Part shown: piece after piece, positions 30,224 through 39,969 of the stretch
Layout: every line of letters begins with the position of its first letter
Numbering within the stretch: the first letter of the stretch is position 1
Source of the DNA: Flavobacteriaceae bacterium
GTDB lineage: Bacteria; Bacteroidota; Bacteroidia; Flavobacteriales; Flavobacteriaceae
Reading direction: 5' to 3'
DNA: 64,000 nt
Assembly: GCA_964227255.1 (NCBI GenBank)
Contig: CAXQVI010000017.1
Location: 5,840-69,839, forward strand
The notes under the pieces: generated by a model
Databases searched by the model: none
What the model was told of the DNA's origin: nothing
Seen by the model: only the letters and a program-made list of their open reading frames with translations
Made by a program: the position numbers and the translations under genes

Positions 30224-32146
30224 TTAGTTCAACACTGTAAACTCAATGCTCGAATCAGTAAATACAGTATGTGTTTGAGTCTTGAAATCTTCTTCCGTCG
30301 CTTTAAAAATATTATCAACGTAGGTCTGTGGGTTCAAATCAATTAAAGGGAACCAGGTGCTTTGCACCTGAATCTGTAATTTATGTCCTTTTTTAATCGT
30401 ATGATAGACATCCTGTAGTTTAATATTTACCGCCGTCTTTTTATTTGGAGTGAAAGGTTCTGGATACTCAAAACTATTTCTGAATCGCCCGCGCATGACT
30501 TCACTGCGAACCATTAAGTGGTAGTTACTCATTTTTTGATGTGATTGCATGTTTTTGTTTTCTTCAATCTCATTCGGGTGCACATCAATGACCTTAACAA
30601 TCCAGTCGGCTGCCGTTCCGGTAGTTGCGACTTTTAGTTTTGCCAAGATATCTCCAGCCATAGTGAAATCTTCGTCCATAATTTCTGTTTCAAATACCAA
30701 TACATCACCTCTGCGTGCTGCAAAACGTTGGTCGTCTGTCATATATTTTCTCGGAGTAAACGTCGTTTTAATGTCTTCTGAATAAGGGACTGGCTTTTTT
30801 ACATCGCTGATAAACTTGATTCCGGAAGTACCTTCTTTTGAAGCAGTTAATTTTTGTTCTTCTGACAAGAATAATGCTAGTTTTTCAGCTCCCTGAGGCG
30901 GCCAAGCATCATATGAACTCCAGGCTTTTTTACCTGAATCATATACCATTGCTTCTGGCAATCCTGTGTTGTGGTCTCCTGTTCCTTTTAGGAAATGGTT
31001 AAAAAATGTTGTTTCTACTTCTTTTTGGAATTTGATTGAAATCGAATCTCCGAATTTGTAGTTTCCTACAGAATTGTCAACTGAAGATCTTGCCCATTGA
31101 CCGTGGCTCCAGGGTCCGAATACGATGGTATTGTAATTGTCTTTGTTGTATTTCTCAATAGTTTTATAGGTTTCCAGCGGTCCGTATAAATCCTCTGCAT
31201 CATATTCTCCACCTACAATCATAGTAGCAACATGCGATTTTACATCTTTTAAATGTTGGATAATCCCTTTGCTTTGCCATAACGCGTCGTAATTTGGATG
31301 TTCTTTCAACTCATTCCAAAATACATCATCCGTTAAGCCATCATTAGAAACAGTTCCTTCATCTAACTTTTCATACTCAAAGTGGTGATTTAAATTGCTC
31401 AAAGGTCCAGCATCTAAAAAGTACTGATATCCATCTTGAGTTTTTAAATCAGGTAACGAATACCAGGCTGTATCCGACGGAGTATCCTTCATCGTTCCAA
31501 ACAAGGAAGTTGCTCTAAAATAGCTCAACAAATAAGCTCCGTTATGGTGGAAATCGTCAAAGAAGAAATCACCAATACATGCCTGTGGTGATGCGGCCTT
31601 TAATGCGGGGTGCGCATCAATTGCTGAATAGGTACTGTAAAATCCTGGATATGATATTCCCCAGGTACCAACGTTGCCATTGTTGTTTTCTACATTGTTC
31701 ACCAACCAGTCGATGGTATCATAAGTGTCTGAACTTTCATCCACCTGCGAATTATCTGTTTTGTTTGGAATATAAGCACGCATATTGTCGTATACCCCTT
31801 CACTCATCCATCTTCCACGAACATCCTGATAAACCACAATATTTCCCTCTTTCATTAAATGTTTATTCGGACCAATATTGGATCTGTATTTGTCCGGTCC
31901 ATATGGTCGCACACTATAAGGTGTTCGTTGCATTAAGATTGGATATTCCTGACTTTTGTCTTTTGGAGAGTAAATCACCGTGAACAGTTTTACCCCATCA
32001 CGCATAGTGATGTAGGTCTCTGTTTTATCGTAATGTTTTTCAACGTAGTTCTCTTTTTTTTGTGGAGTTCCTTCTTTTGGATTGCATCCAATAAAAAAAA
32101 GACCTACCAATAGTAAGCATGATAATTTTAGTAATACGGGTTTCAT
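30224..32146 (-). CDS. CocE/NonD-family hydrolase / Xaa-Pro dipeptidyl-peptidase (S15), lipoprotein
   Basis: Lipobox FFIGC, nucleophile elbow GISYPG, and the family's C-terminal beta-sandwich region. Confidence 0.85.
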   Translation of the reverse strand: MKPVLLKLSCLLLVGLFFIGCNPKEGTPQKKENYVEKHYDKTETYITMRDGVKLFTVIYSPKDKSQEYPILMQRTPYSVRPYGPDKYRSNIGPNKHLMKEGNIVVYQDVRGRWMSEGVYDNMRAYIPNKTDNSQVDESSDTYDTIDWLVNNVENNNGNVGTWGISYPGFYSTYSAIDAHPALKAASPQACIGDFFFDDFHHNGAYLLSYFRATSLFGTMKDTPSDTAWYSLPDLKTQDGYQYFLDAGPLSNLNHHFEYEKLDEGTVSNDGLTDDVFWNELKEHPNYDALWQSKGIIQHLKDVKSHVATMIVGGEYDAEDLYGPLETYKTIEKYNKDNYNTIVFGPWSHGQWARSSVDNSVGNYKFGDSISIKFQKEVETTFFNHFLKGTGDHNTGLPEAMVYDSGKKAWSSYDAWPPQGAEKLALFLSEEQKLTASKEGTSGIKFISDVKKPVPYSEDIKTTFTPRKYMTDDQRFAARRGDVLVFETEIMDEDFTMAGDILAKLKVATTGTAADWIVKVIDVHPNEIEENKNMQSHQKMSNYHLMVRSEVMRGRFRNSFEYPEPFTPNKKTAVNIKLQDVYHTIKKGHKLQIQVQSTWFPLIDLNPQTYVDNIFKATEEDFKTQTHTVFTDSSIEFTVLN

Positions 32147-32221
32147 GGTTGTTTTTTGAATGTTTGCTAAATCTACAAAATTTTGTAAAACCGACTAAAC
32201 ATTGCTAAAATCTAATAGAAA

Positions 32222-32596
32222 TTAGAAAAAGTTGACGAATAATAACAACCAGCCAGCAAGTAATAACAATCCTCCAATAGGCGTAATTGGACCCAGGAAT
32301 TTTAGTTTCTTTCCTTTAGCTGAGGAAATTACAAGTAGGTATATGCTGAAAGAAAAAAGCACGACGCCTGCAATAAAACACCAAACAATGGCAGTGTAAT
32401 TAGAAGTAGTTTCATCTAGATTCCAGCCAACGAGAAGCAGTGCTAACGCATGATACATCTGATACTTTACACCAGTCTCGAAGCTTTTGAGTTGTTCGTC
32501 CGTTAAAATTTTCTTTAAAGCATGAGCTCCAAAAGCTCCAAGAACAATGGCAAGGGCTCCAAATAAACTTCCAGATTGTAAGGCGAGTTCCGACAT
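32222..32596 (-). CDS. DUF423-family small membrane protein
   Basis: 124 aa with four TM helices. GALAIVLGAFGAHALK is the DUF423 (YgdD-like) signature. Confidence 0.75.
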   Translation of the reverse strand: MSELALQSGSLFGALAIVLGAFGAHALKKILTDEQLKSFETGVKYQMYHALALLLVGWNLDETTSNYTAIVWCFIAGVVLFSFSIYLLVISSAKGKKLKFLGPITPIGGLLLLAGWLLLFVNFF

Positions 32597-32631
32597 GTTG
32601 ATAATTTTTGAAAGGGTAAATTTAAAAGGTT

Positions 32632-33180
32632 TTAGTTACAAACCTTGCATTCTGTCTGATCTTTATGTTCTCCAACTAAATATCCTTTTTCATCCAGTTT
32701 GTAATTACAACAATCCATATATCCTTCCTGAATCAGTTTGCGTCCTCTTTGAATTCTGGATTTAGCCCCGGAAATACTGATGCCTAAATGAGCAGCAACA
32801 GCTGCTTGTTTTATACCTTTTATGTCAGTTAAATAAACTGCTTCTTTATAGAGTGGTGGTAGATTTTTTATATGTGGAATGAGACAGTCTTTAAAGGAGT
32901 GAATTTCTTTTGAAGCTCCCTCCTCAATATTAGAATCGTCTATGTCCGTTTTTTGAATGCCTCTTTTGTTTTTTCTGAAATAATCATTCACCGTATTGCT
33001 AGCAATACTGAACAACCAGGATTTCAATTTTCCATCATCTTTTAAAGAAGAGATTTTTAAATGAACCTTTAGAAAGACCTCTTGTAATAAATCTTTTGAT
33101 ATAGCCTCATCCTTGACTTTGCTCAAAATAAAGTGAAACAGCTTTTCTGAATATGCCGAATGAATTTTAGAGGTATTCAT
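32632..33180 (-). CDS. ECF sigma-70 factor, SigZ-like with Cys-rich C-terminal extension
   Basis: Region 2 (DLLQEVFLKVH...SWLFSIASNTVNDYFR) and region 4 (LPPLYKEAVYLTDIKGIKQAAVAAHLGISISGAKSRIQRGRKL), plus the tail MDCCNYKLDEKGYLVGEHKDQTECKVCN (CC-x19-C-x2-C). Confidence 0.85.
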   Translation of the reverse strand: MNTSKIHSAYSEKLFHFILSKVKDEAISKDLLQEVFLKVHLKISSLKDDGKLKSWLFSIASNTVNDYFRKNKRGIQKTDIDDSNIEEGASKEIHSFKDCLIPHIKNLPPLYKEAVYLTDIKGIKQAAVAAHLGISISGAKSRIQRGRKLIQEGYMDCCNYKLDEKGYLVGEHKDQTECKVCN

Positions 33181-33191
33181 AATACAAAGTT

Positions 33192-33216
33192 AACCCTTTC
33201 TGAACCAGAAAGGGTT
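33192..33216 (-). promoter_or_regulatory. perfect 11-bp stem / 3-nt loop hairpin between the Cys-rich mini-ORF and the sigma gene (terminator/attenuator candidate)
   Basis: AACCCTTTCTG-aac-CAGAAAGGGTT. On the minus strand it ends 11 nt before the sigma ATG (33180) and is followed by AACTTTGTATT. Confidence 0.45.
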
Positions 33217-33221
33217 TGTTA

Positions 33222-33323
33222 TTAACAATTACAATTTGAACAAGTACAGTTTTCACAGGTACAGTTTTTACATTGCCCTTTTTTACACGCTTCACATTCG
33301 CAGGTACAGTTTGTGTTTTTCAT
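33222..33323 (-). CDS. 33-aa cysteine-rich (11 Cys) metallothionein-like peptide, unannotated mini-ORF
   Basis: My own translation is MKNTNCTCECEACKKGQCKNCTCENCTCSNCNC*. It has four in-frame N-C-x-C units and no aromatic or His residues. It is below the ORF-track length cutoff. Confidence 0.45.
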   Translation of the reverse strand: MKNTNCTCECEACKKGQCKNCTCENCTCSNCNC

Positions 33324-33545
33324 AATAAGGAGTTTTAAATATCACAAGTTAGACGCAGACTTACTTAAAAGGACGCAAACAATTATTTAAAATTTAAATA
33401 AAATTTGGAAATTACAATAGTCCTTACTTATTTAATGTATCTATAAACTTATTTTTAGTTCCAAATTGTAACTGATATTCAGTATTCGATTTTAAAAATG
33501 TATTTAAGTGTTCATTTTTGTTTCGAATAATAAAATAAGAAAAAC

Positions 33546-35216
33546 ATGTGTGGAATCGTATGTGCATTTGATTTAAAACAAAAAAGTGAGGTTTTAAGAC
33601 CGCAACTTTTAGAAATGTCTAAGAAAATTCGTCACAGAGGACCGGACTGGAGCGGTATATATGCCGATGAGAAAGCAATTTTAGCACATGAGCGTTTAGC
33701 AATTGTGGACCCTGCTTCTGGAAAACAACCTTTGTATAGTGATGATAAAAAATTGGTTTTAGCTGCCAATGGTGAGATTTACAATCACCGTGAACTGAGA
33801 AAGCCTTTTGAAGGCAATTACAATTTTCAGACAGAATCAGATTGTGAGGTAATTCTTGCTTTATACAAAGAAAAAGGAGTTTCTTTTTTAGATGATTTGA
33901 ACGGAATCTTCGGATTTGCCTTATACGATGTTGAAAAGGATAGCTACCTGGTTGCGAGAGATCATATGGGAATTATACCATTGTATATGGGATGGGATCA
34001 GTATGGAACTTTTTATATAGGTTCAGAATTGAAAGCTTTGGAAGGTGTTTGTTCGAAGATTGAGTTATTTCCTCCGGGGCATTATTTGTCGAGTGAAGAT
34101 GGAGAATTGAAGCGATGGTACGATCGTGACTGGATGGAGTATGAAGCTGTAAAGGAAAACCAAACAAGCATTGATGAAATTCATGATGCTCTGGAAGCGG
34201 CAGTGCACCGTCAATTGATGTCGGATGTACCTTATGGAGTTTTACTTTCTGGAGGTTTGGATTCTTCAGTAACATCAGCTCTAGCAAAAAAATATGCAGC
34301 AATGCGTGTGGAATCAGATGATACACAGGCAGCCTGGTGGCCCCAGTTGCACTCTTTTTCAGTTGGACTGGAAGGTTCGCCGGATCTCGAAGCAGCGCAG
34401 AAAGTGGCGGACCATATTGGGACTGTTCATCATGAAATTAAATTTACAATCCAGGAAGGATTGGATGCTATAAAGGACGTTATCTATAATTTAGAAACGT
34501 ACGATATTACAACCATCCGTGCCTCCACACCGATGTATTTGATGGCGCGTGTTATCAAATCGATGGGAATTAAAATGGTGTTGTCAGGTGAGGGGGCAGA
34601 TGAGTTGTTCGGAGGTTACTTGTATTTTCACAAAGCACCAAACGCTCAAGAATTTCATGAGGAAACAGTGCGTAAATTGAGCAAATTGCACATGTACGAT
34701 TGCCTTAGAGCAAACAAGTCTTTGGCGGCCTGGGGAATTGAAGGACGTGTACCGTTTTTGGATAAAGAATTTATGGATGTGGCAATGCGCATCAACCCAC
34801 AAGATAAAATGATTAACGGAGAACGTATGGAGAAGTGGGTTGTTCGAAAAGCTTTTGAGAAGTATTTACCAGAAAGTGTTGCCTGGAGGCAAAAAGAACA
34901 ATTCTCAGATGGTGTAGGGTATAGCTGGATTGATACTTTAAAGGAAGTTGTTGATGCTGCCGTTTCAGATGAAATGTTGGCAAATGCCAGGTATAAATTC
35001 CCTATTCAGACTCCGACAAATAAAGAAGAATATTATTATAGAACTATATTTTCTGAACACTTCCCATCAGATGCTGCGGCTTTAAGTGTGCCTCAGGAAG
35101 CATCTGTCGCTTGCAGCACGCAGATTGCGTTGGAATGGGATGCCGCGTTCAAAAATATGAATGACCCATCGGGAAGGGCAGTAGCCTTTGTACATGAAGA
35201 TGCATATGAAAAGTAA
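33546..35216 (+). CDS. asnB: asparagine synthase B (glutamine-hydrolysing)
   Basis: Ntn nucleophile MCGI, PP-loop SGGLDSS, and full-length AsnB character. Confidence 0.95.
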   Translation: MCGIVCAFDLKQKSEVLRPQLLEMSKKIRHRGPDWSGIYADEKAILAHERLAIVDPASGKQPLYSDDKKLVLAANGEIYNHRELRKPFEGNYNFQTESDCEVILALYKEKGVSFLDDLNGIFGFALYDVEKDSYLVARDHMGIIPLYMGWDQYGTFYIGSELKALEGVCSKIELFPPGHYLSSEDGELKRWYDRDWMEYEAVKENQTSIDEIHDALEAAVHRQLMSDVPYGVLLSGGLDSSVTSALAKKYAAMRVESDDTQAAWWPQLHSFSVGLEGSPDLEAAQKVADHIGTVHHEIKFTIQEGLDAIKDVIYNLETYDITTIRASTPMYLMARVIKSMGIKMVLSGEGADELFGGYLYFHKAPNAQEFHEETVRKLSKLHMYDCLRANKSLAAWGIEGRVPFLDKEFMDVAMRINPQDKMINGERMEKWVVRKAFEKYLPESVAWRQKEQFSDGVGYSWIDTLKEVVDAAVSDEMLANARYKFPIQTPTNKEEYYYRTIFSEHFPSDAAALSVPQEASVACSTQIALEWDAAFKNMNDPSGRAVAFVHEDAYEK

Positions 35217-35252
35217 GAACCCTTCTTTAAAAACCGCCAATTGGCGGTTTTT

Positions 35253-35699
35253 TTATGAAGTTCTGTTGATGATTGGATTGTTTTCAACGATGTTTGAAAG
35301 TACTATATGTGTCTTTGTTTCCCCATAAGTAATGAGTCGGTCTATGAAATGCTCTAAATGAATCTGGTCTTTTAAAACCACTTCCATAAAAATGTTTTCG
35401 TTTCCTGTAATTCGATAGCAATTTATCACTTCATCAAAAGTTTTGACTGTTTCTAAAAAGGCTTTTAATCGACCCATAAATGCTCTAAGAGTAATGATTG
35501 CTTTTAGCTGATAATTGGTTTCAAAATGGGAAACCTGAGCATGATATCCTTTAATTATTCCACCATCTTCCATTTTTCGAATGCGCTCTGCAACGGCTGC
35601 CGAAGAAATCCCCACTTGGTTGGCAATTTGAGTATTCGTCTGACGTGCATTTCTTTGCAGTGTATTCAAAATTTTCCAACTTATTTCGTCTAATTTCAT
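35253..35699 (-). CDS. Lrp/AsnC-family transcriptional regulator
   Basis: LDEISWKILNTLQRNARQTNTQIANQVGISSAAVAERIRKME HTH, followed by a RAM/ACT-like effector domain. Confidence 0.9.
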   Translation of the reverse strand: MKLDEISWKILNTLQRNARQTNTQIANQVGISSAAVAERIRKMEDGGIIKGYHAQVSHFETNYQLKAIITLRAFMGRLKAFLETVKTFDEVINCYRITGNENIFMEVVLKDQIHLEHFIDRLITYGETKTHIVLSNIVENNPIINRTS

Positions 35700-35815
35700 T
35701 TTTAATGAATTTTACTGAAAAATAATAAAAATTAAATATAATTCGAACTTTTGCTTTAATTTTTAAAGATGATGTTGCGATTTGCGATTTAAATTTGATT
35801 TGATAATTATTTGAT

Positions 35816-36205
35816 ATGAGTTATTCAACTTCAAAAAGTTTTGCTGAATTGACGATGTATAAGAAGTCGATTTCACTTTTTCAGCTGGCAAGAAAAATTG
35901 CTGATTATATATCAGACAATAAATCTGTGCTGGAAATGTATACTTCTGAGAAAAAAGTTGATAAACATGCCGACGCTTTGGTGATGTATACAATGAATCT
36001 TCCAAATCAAATTGCAGCCTTAGAATCGGTTCCAGGAAATCAAAGAGCTAACAAGTATAAATCTTTATATAATTTTGAAGAACGCATAAAAAAAACCTGC
36101 AACTTGTTAATTGAAACAAAAATTGCAGGTCATGAATTTGTTGTGCTTTTAAAAAAAGAACTGCTACAATTTCAAAAATTGAGTCGTTCTTATAATAAAG
36201 CCTGA
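35816..36205 (+). CDS. hypothetical protein (possibly divergent four-helix-bundle, 23S-rRNA-IVS-protein-like)
   Basis: 129-aa helical ORF. FAELTMYKKSISLFQLARKI vaguely recalls the family's N-terminus. The assignment is weak. Confidence 0.35.
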   Translation: MSYSTSKSFAELTMYKKSISLFQLARKIADYISDNKSVLEMYTSEKKVDKHADALVMYTMNLPNQIAALESVPGNQRANKYKSLYNFEERIKKTCNLLIETKIAGHEFVVLLKKELLQFQKLSRSYNKA

Positions 36206-36208
36206 CTT

Positions 36209-39200
36209 TTACATATTTCTTCGATATTGTCCACCAACTTCGAACAGCGCATCAGTAATTTGTCCTAACGAACATACTTTACATGCATCCATCAATTGCT
36301 CAAAGATGTTTTCATTTTTAACAGCTTTTTCTTTTAGTGCAGTTATTTGCATTTGAACATCCGCTTCATTCCCTTTATGAAGATTTTCAATAACCTGAAT
36401 CTGATATTGTTTTTCTTCTTCGGTTGCTCGAATTACCTCCTGAGGTAAAATTGTTGGAGATCCTTTTGAACTCAAGAAGGTATTTACTCCAATAATTGGT
36501 AAATCTCCATTGTGTTTTAAAGTTTCATAGTACAAACTCTCTTCCTGAATTTTGCTTCTTTGATACATCGTTTCCATAGCACCAAGTACACCACCACGAT
36601 CTGTAATTCTGTCGAATTCCTGATATACAGCTTCTTCAACCAAATCCGTTAATTCTTCAATAATAAAGGCTCCCTGAATTGGATTTTCATTCTTTGTCAA
36701 TCCTAATTCTCGGTTAATAATCAACTGAATTGCCATAGCTCTACGAACACTTTCCTCAGTCGGTGTAGTAATCGCTTCGTCATATGCATTTGTATGAAGA
36801 CTGTTACAGTTGTCGTAAATTGCATACAATGCCTGAAGTGTTGTTCTAATATCGTTGAAGTCAATTTCCTGGGCGTGTAAGGAACGTCCAGAAGTTTGAA
36901 TATGGTATTTTAATTTTTGTGCTCTTTCGTCGGCGCCATACTTTTCCTTCAATGCTTTTGCCCAAATTTTACGAGCCACACGACCGATTACCGCATATTC
37001 CGGATCGATACCGTTTGAGAAGAAGAAACTTAAGTTTGGTCCAAACTTATTAATATCCATTCCCCTTGATAAGTAGTATTCAACATAGGTGAATCCATTT
37101 GCTAAAGTAAATGCCAATTGAGAAATCGGATTTGCTCCGGCTTCAGCAATATGGTATCCTGAAATTGAAACTGAGTAGAAGTTTCTAATCTGATTCTGTA
37201 TGAAATATTCCTGAACATCTCCCATCAAACGCAGAGCAAATTCAGTAGAGAAAATACATGTATTCTGCGCCTGATCTTCTTTTAAGATATCAGCCTGAAC
37301 GGTTCCTCTCACTTTTGCAATCGTTTCAAATTTGATTCTGTTATATACTTCAGCAGGTAACACCTGATCTCCGGTTACACCTAATAAGAAGAGTCCTAAG
37401 CCATCATTTCCTTCAGGTAATTCACCTTGGTATTTTGGTCTTTCCGTTCCTTTGATTTTGTAGATGGTATCAATGTTCGCCTGTACATCATCTTTTAAAT
37501 CGTTGTTGAAAATATATTTCTCACATTCCTGGTCAATAGCGGCATTCATAAAAAATCCTAACAACATCGGAGCAGGACCGTTGATGGTCATAGAAACGGA
37601 GGTCATTGGATTTGTCAATTCAAATCCAGAGTATAATTTCTTCGCATCATCTAAACAACAAATAGAAACTCCCGCATTACCAATTTTTCCATAGATATCA
37701 GGTCTGTGGTCTGGATCATTACCATACAAGGTCACCGAGTCGAATGCAGTCGATAAACGCTTTGCTGGCATTCCAAGACTCACGTAGTGGAAGCGTCTGT
37801 TGGTACGTTCTGGTCCACCTTCACCTGCAAACATTCTGGTTGGATCTTCACCAGTTCTTTTAAAGGGGAACAATCCGGCTGTATATGGGAATTCTCCCGG
37901 AACATTTTCTTCTAAACACCAGTAAAGAACATCTCCCCAAGCTTCGTATTTCGGAAGAGAAATTTTTGGAATGTCTAAATGAGAAAGCGTTTTACTTTTT
38001 GTCTGAATATTGATTTCTTTTCCTCTTACCTTAAAAGTGAATACATCATTGTTGTAGGCTTCTTTTTTAGCTTCCCAATTCAAGATGATATTCCAGTTGT
38101 GAGGATTCATATCCATTTTCACTCGGTCGAATTCCTTTATTAAAAGGTTTACGAGTTCTTTGTTTTTTTCTGAAGAAATTGAAGTTTCCTCGATTCCAGA
38201 TTTTGTCAACTCAGGTGTATCTCCTCCAGCAGTTTCTATGGTTTTGAAAATTCCATATAATTTCTGCGCAATTTCCTTTTGAGACTTACTATTTTCTGAA
38301 TAGTTTCTGTTGTTTTCAGTGATTTCAGAAAGGTATCTGGAACGCTTTGGTGGAATGATGAATTGCTTTTCACTTAGGTCTGTCGGACCGTCAAATGAGC
38401 TTTCAAAATTCGCTTTCGTTTTCTTATTTAAAGTGTCAATCAATAATTTGTACAAGGCATTTGTTCCGGGATCGTTGAATTGCGAAGCGATAGAACCAAT
38501 CACCGGCATTTCATTCACATCCGTATCCCATAAATTATGATTGCGCTGGTATTGCTTTTTTACATCTCTTAAAGCATCCAAAGCACCTCGTTTATCGAAT
38601 TTGTTTAAGGCAATGACATCGGCGAAATCAATCATATCGATTTTCTCTAACTGTGTAGCAGCTCCGTACTCTGGAGTCATTACATACAACGAAACATCCG
38701 AGTGATCCAAAATTTCAGTATCACTTTGACCAATTCCAGAAGTTTCTAAAATCACTAAGTCGAAGTTCGCTACTTTTAGAATCGCTAATGCATCACTTAC
38801 ATGTTTTGATAAAGCTAAGTTTGACTGACGCGTAGCTAAAGAACGCATATACACTCTTTCATTTTTGATAGAGTTCATGCGGATTCTGTCTCCTAATAAA
38901 GCACCTCCCGTTTTTCTTTTTGAAGGGTCTACAGAAACAATAGCTATATTTTTCTCCGGGAAGTCGATTAAAAAACGTCTAACCAATTCATCCACTGAAG
39001 AGGATTTTCCAGAACCACCAGTACCAGTAATTCCAAGAACAGGAATGTCACTTTTTTTAGCTTTTTCTCTTATTTCTGTTAAAAATGCTGTATGCTTTTC
39101 AGCGAAGTTTTCTGAAGCGGAAATGGCTTTAGCCAGTTCTTTTTTCGATGAAGGATTTAAGTCTGAAATTTTAAAATCAACACTTTCTCCTGTAGGGAAA

Positions 39201-39631
39201 TCACAACGCTCAATCATGTCATTAATCATTCCTTGTAAACCTAACTGACGGCCATCATCTGGGGAATAGATACGGCAAATACCGTAATCTGTTAATTCTT
39301 TTATTTCTTCAGGGAGAATTACTCCGCCTCCACCACCGAAGATTTTAATATGTGAAGCTCCTTTTTCTTTGAGGAGGTCAAACATATATTTAAAGTATTC
39401 GTTATGTCCACCCTGATATGAAGTCATGGCAATTGCGTTTGCATCTTCCTGAATAGCGCAATTCACCACTTCTTCAACACTGCGGTCATGTCCAAGATGA
39501 ATCACCTCCACACCAGTAGCCTGAATGATGCGTCGCATGATATTGATAGCGGCATCATGACCATCAAACAGTGAAGCGGCAGTCACAATTCGAACTTTAT
39601 TTTTTGGGGAATAGGGAGTTATTTTTTCCAT
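36209..39631 (-). CDS. icmF: fused isobutyryl-CoA mutase (B12-binding domain + MeaB-like GTPase + mutase barrel)
   Basis: 1140 aa. It has an N-terminal B12-binding Rossmann domain ([20 protein letters not shown]), a P-loop [12 protein letters not shown] in the middle, and a C-terminal methylmalonyl-CoA-mutase-like TIM barrel. Confidence 0.9.
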   Translation of the reverse strand: MEKITPYSPKNKVRIVTAASLFDGHDAAINIMRRIIQATGVEVIHLGHDRSVEEVVNCAIQEDANAIAMTSYQGGHNEYFKYMFDLLKEKGASHIKIFGGGGGVILPEEIKELTDYGICRIYSPDDGRQLGLQGMINDMIERCDFPTGESVDFKISDLNPSSKKELAKAISASENFAEKHTAFLTEIREKAKKSDIPVLGITGTGGSGKSSSVDELVRRFLIDFPEKNIAIVSVDPSKRKTGGALLGDRIRMNSIKNERVYMRSLATRQSNLALSKHVSDALAILKVANFDLVILETSGIGQSDTEILDHSDVSLYVMTPEYGAATQLEKIDMIDFADVIALNKFDKRGALDALRDVKKQYQRNHNLWDTDVNEMPVIGSIASQFNDPGTNALYKLLIDTLNKKTKANFESSFDGPTDLSEKQFIIPPKRSRYLSEITENNRNYSENSKSQKEIAQKLYGIFKTIETAGGDTPELTKSGIEETSISSEKNKELVNLLIKEFDRVKMDMNPHNWNIILNWEAKKEAYNNDVFTFKVRGKEINIQTKSKTLSHLDIPKISLPKYEAWGDVLYWCLEENVPGEFPYTAGLFPFKRTGEDPTRMFAGEGGPERTNRRFHYVSLGMPAKRLSTAFDSVTLYGNDPDHRPDIYGKIGNAGVSICCLDDAKKLYSGFELTNPMTSVSMTINGPAPMLLGFFMNAAIDQECEKYIFNNDLKDDVQANIDTIYKIKGTERPKYQGELPEGNDGLGLFLLGVTGDQVLPAEVYNRIKFETIAKVRGTVQADILKEDQAQNTCIFSTEFALRLMGDVQEYFIQNQIRNFYSVSISGYHIAEAGANPISQLAFTLANGFTYVEYYLSRGMDINKFGPNLSFFFSNGIDPEYAVIGRVARKIWAKALKEKYGADERAQKLKYHIQTSGRSLHAQEIDFNDIRTTLQALYAIYDNCNSLHTNAYDEAITTPTEESVRRAMAIQLIINRELGLTKNENPIQGAFIIEELTDLVEEAVYQEFDRITDRGGVLGAMETMYQRSKIQEESLYYETLKHNGDLPIIGVNTFLSSKGSPTILPQEVIRATEEEKQYQIQVIENLHKGNEADVQMQITALKEKAVKNENIFEQLMDACKVCSLGQITDALFEVGGQYRRNM

Positions 39632-39969
39632 TCGTTAAAATCACGTTAGTTTTCGGTCGCAATTTATAAAATTTATAATGTTTTGGACGTTTGGTTATCA
39701 TATATATAATCAATGTAAAGTTAAAATTTCACAGATTTGAATGATTCTGGATGAGTTTTTAAGTTTTGAGTCTAAAAATTTTGTGTTTTGACCTATATTT
39801 GCCACACAAGAAAGAGCCATTTGGATATTTATCAATGTACATATAGAAGATGTATTGCTTTAACTCGATTCAGAGTTGATATCCGCTATCCATAGTTTGA
39901 AGTTTTACAATGTTTTGGACCACCTCAAGTCCATATTTTTTAACTATGTTTAACTTAATACCCAATTTT

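Noticed and set aside
35763-36005. 80-aa minus-strand ORF overlapping the 35816-36205 ORF.
   Set aside because: Its translation is low-complexity. The plus-strand 129-aa ORF is longer, helical and has a better start context. Neither call is strong, so only the plus-strand one is listed, at low confidence.
39794-39969. ~170-nt leader between a TATATTTG box and hutU, with nested inverted repeats (GGATAT...ATATCC, TACAT...ATGTA), considered as a riboswitch or attenuator.
   Set aside because: The stems are only 5-6 bp in AT-rich sequence. There is no terminator or anti-terminator logic and no resemblance to a riboswitch class I know. It is not convincing without comparative data.
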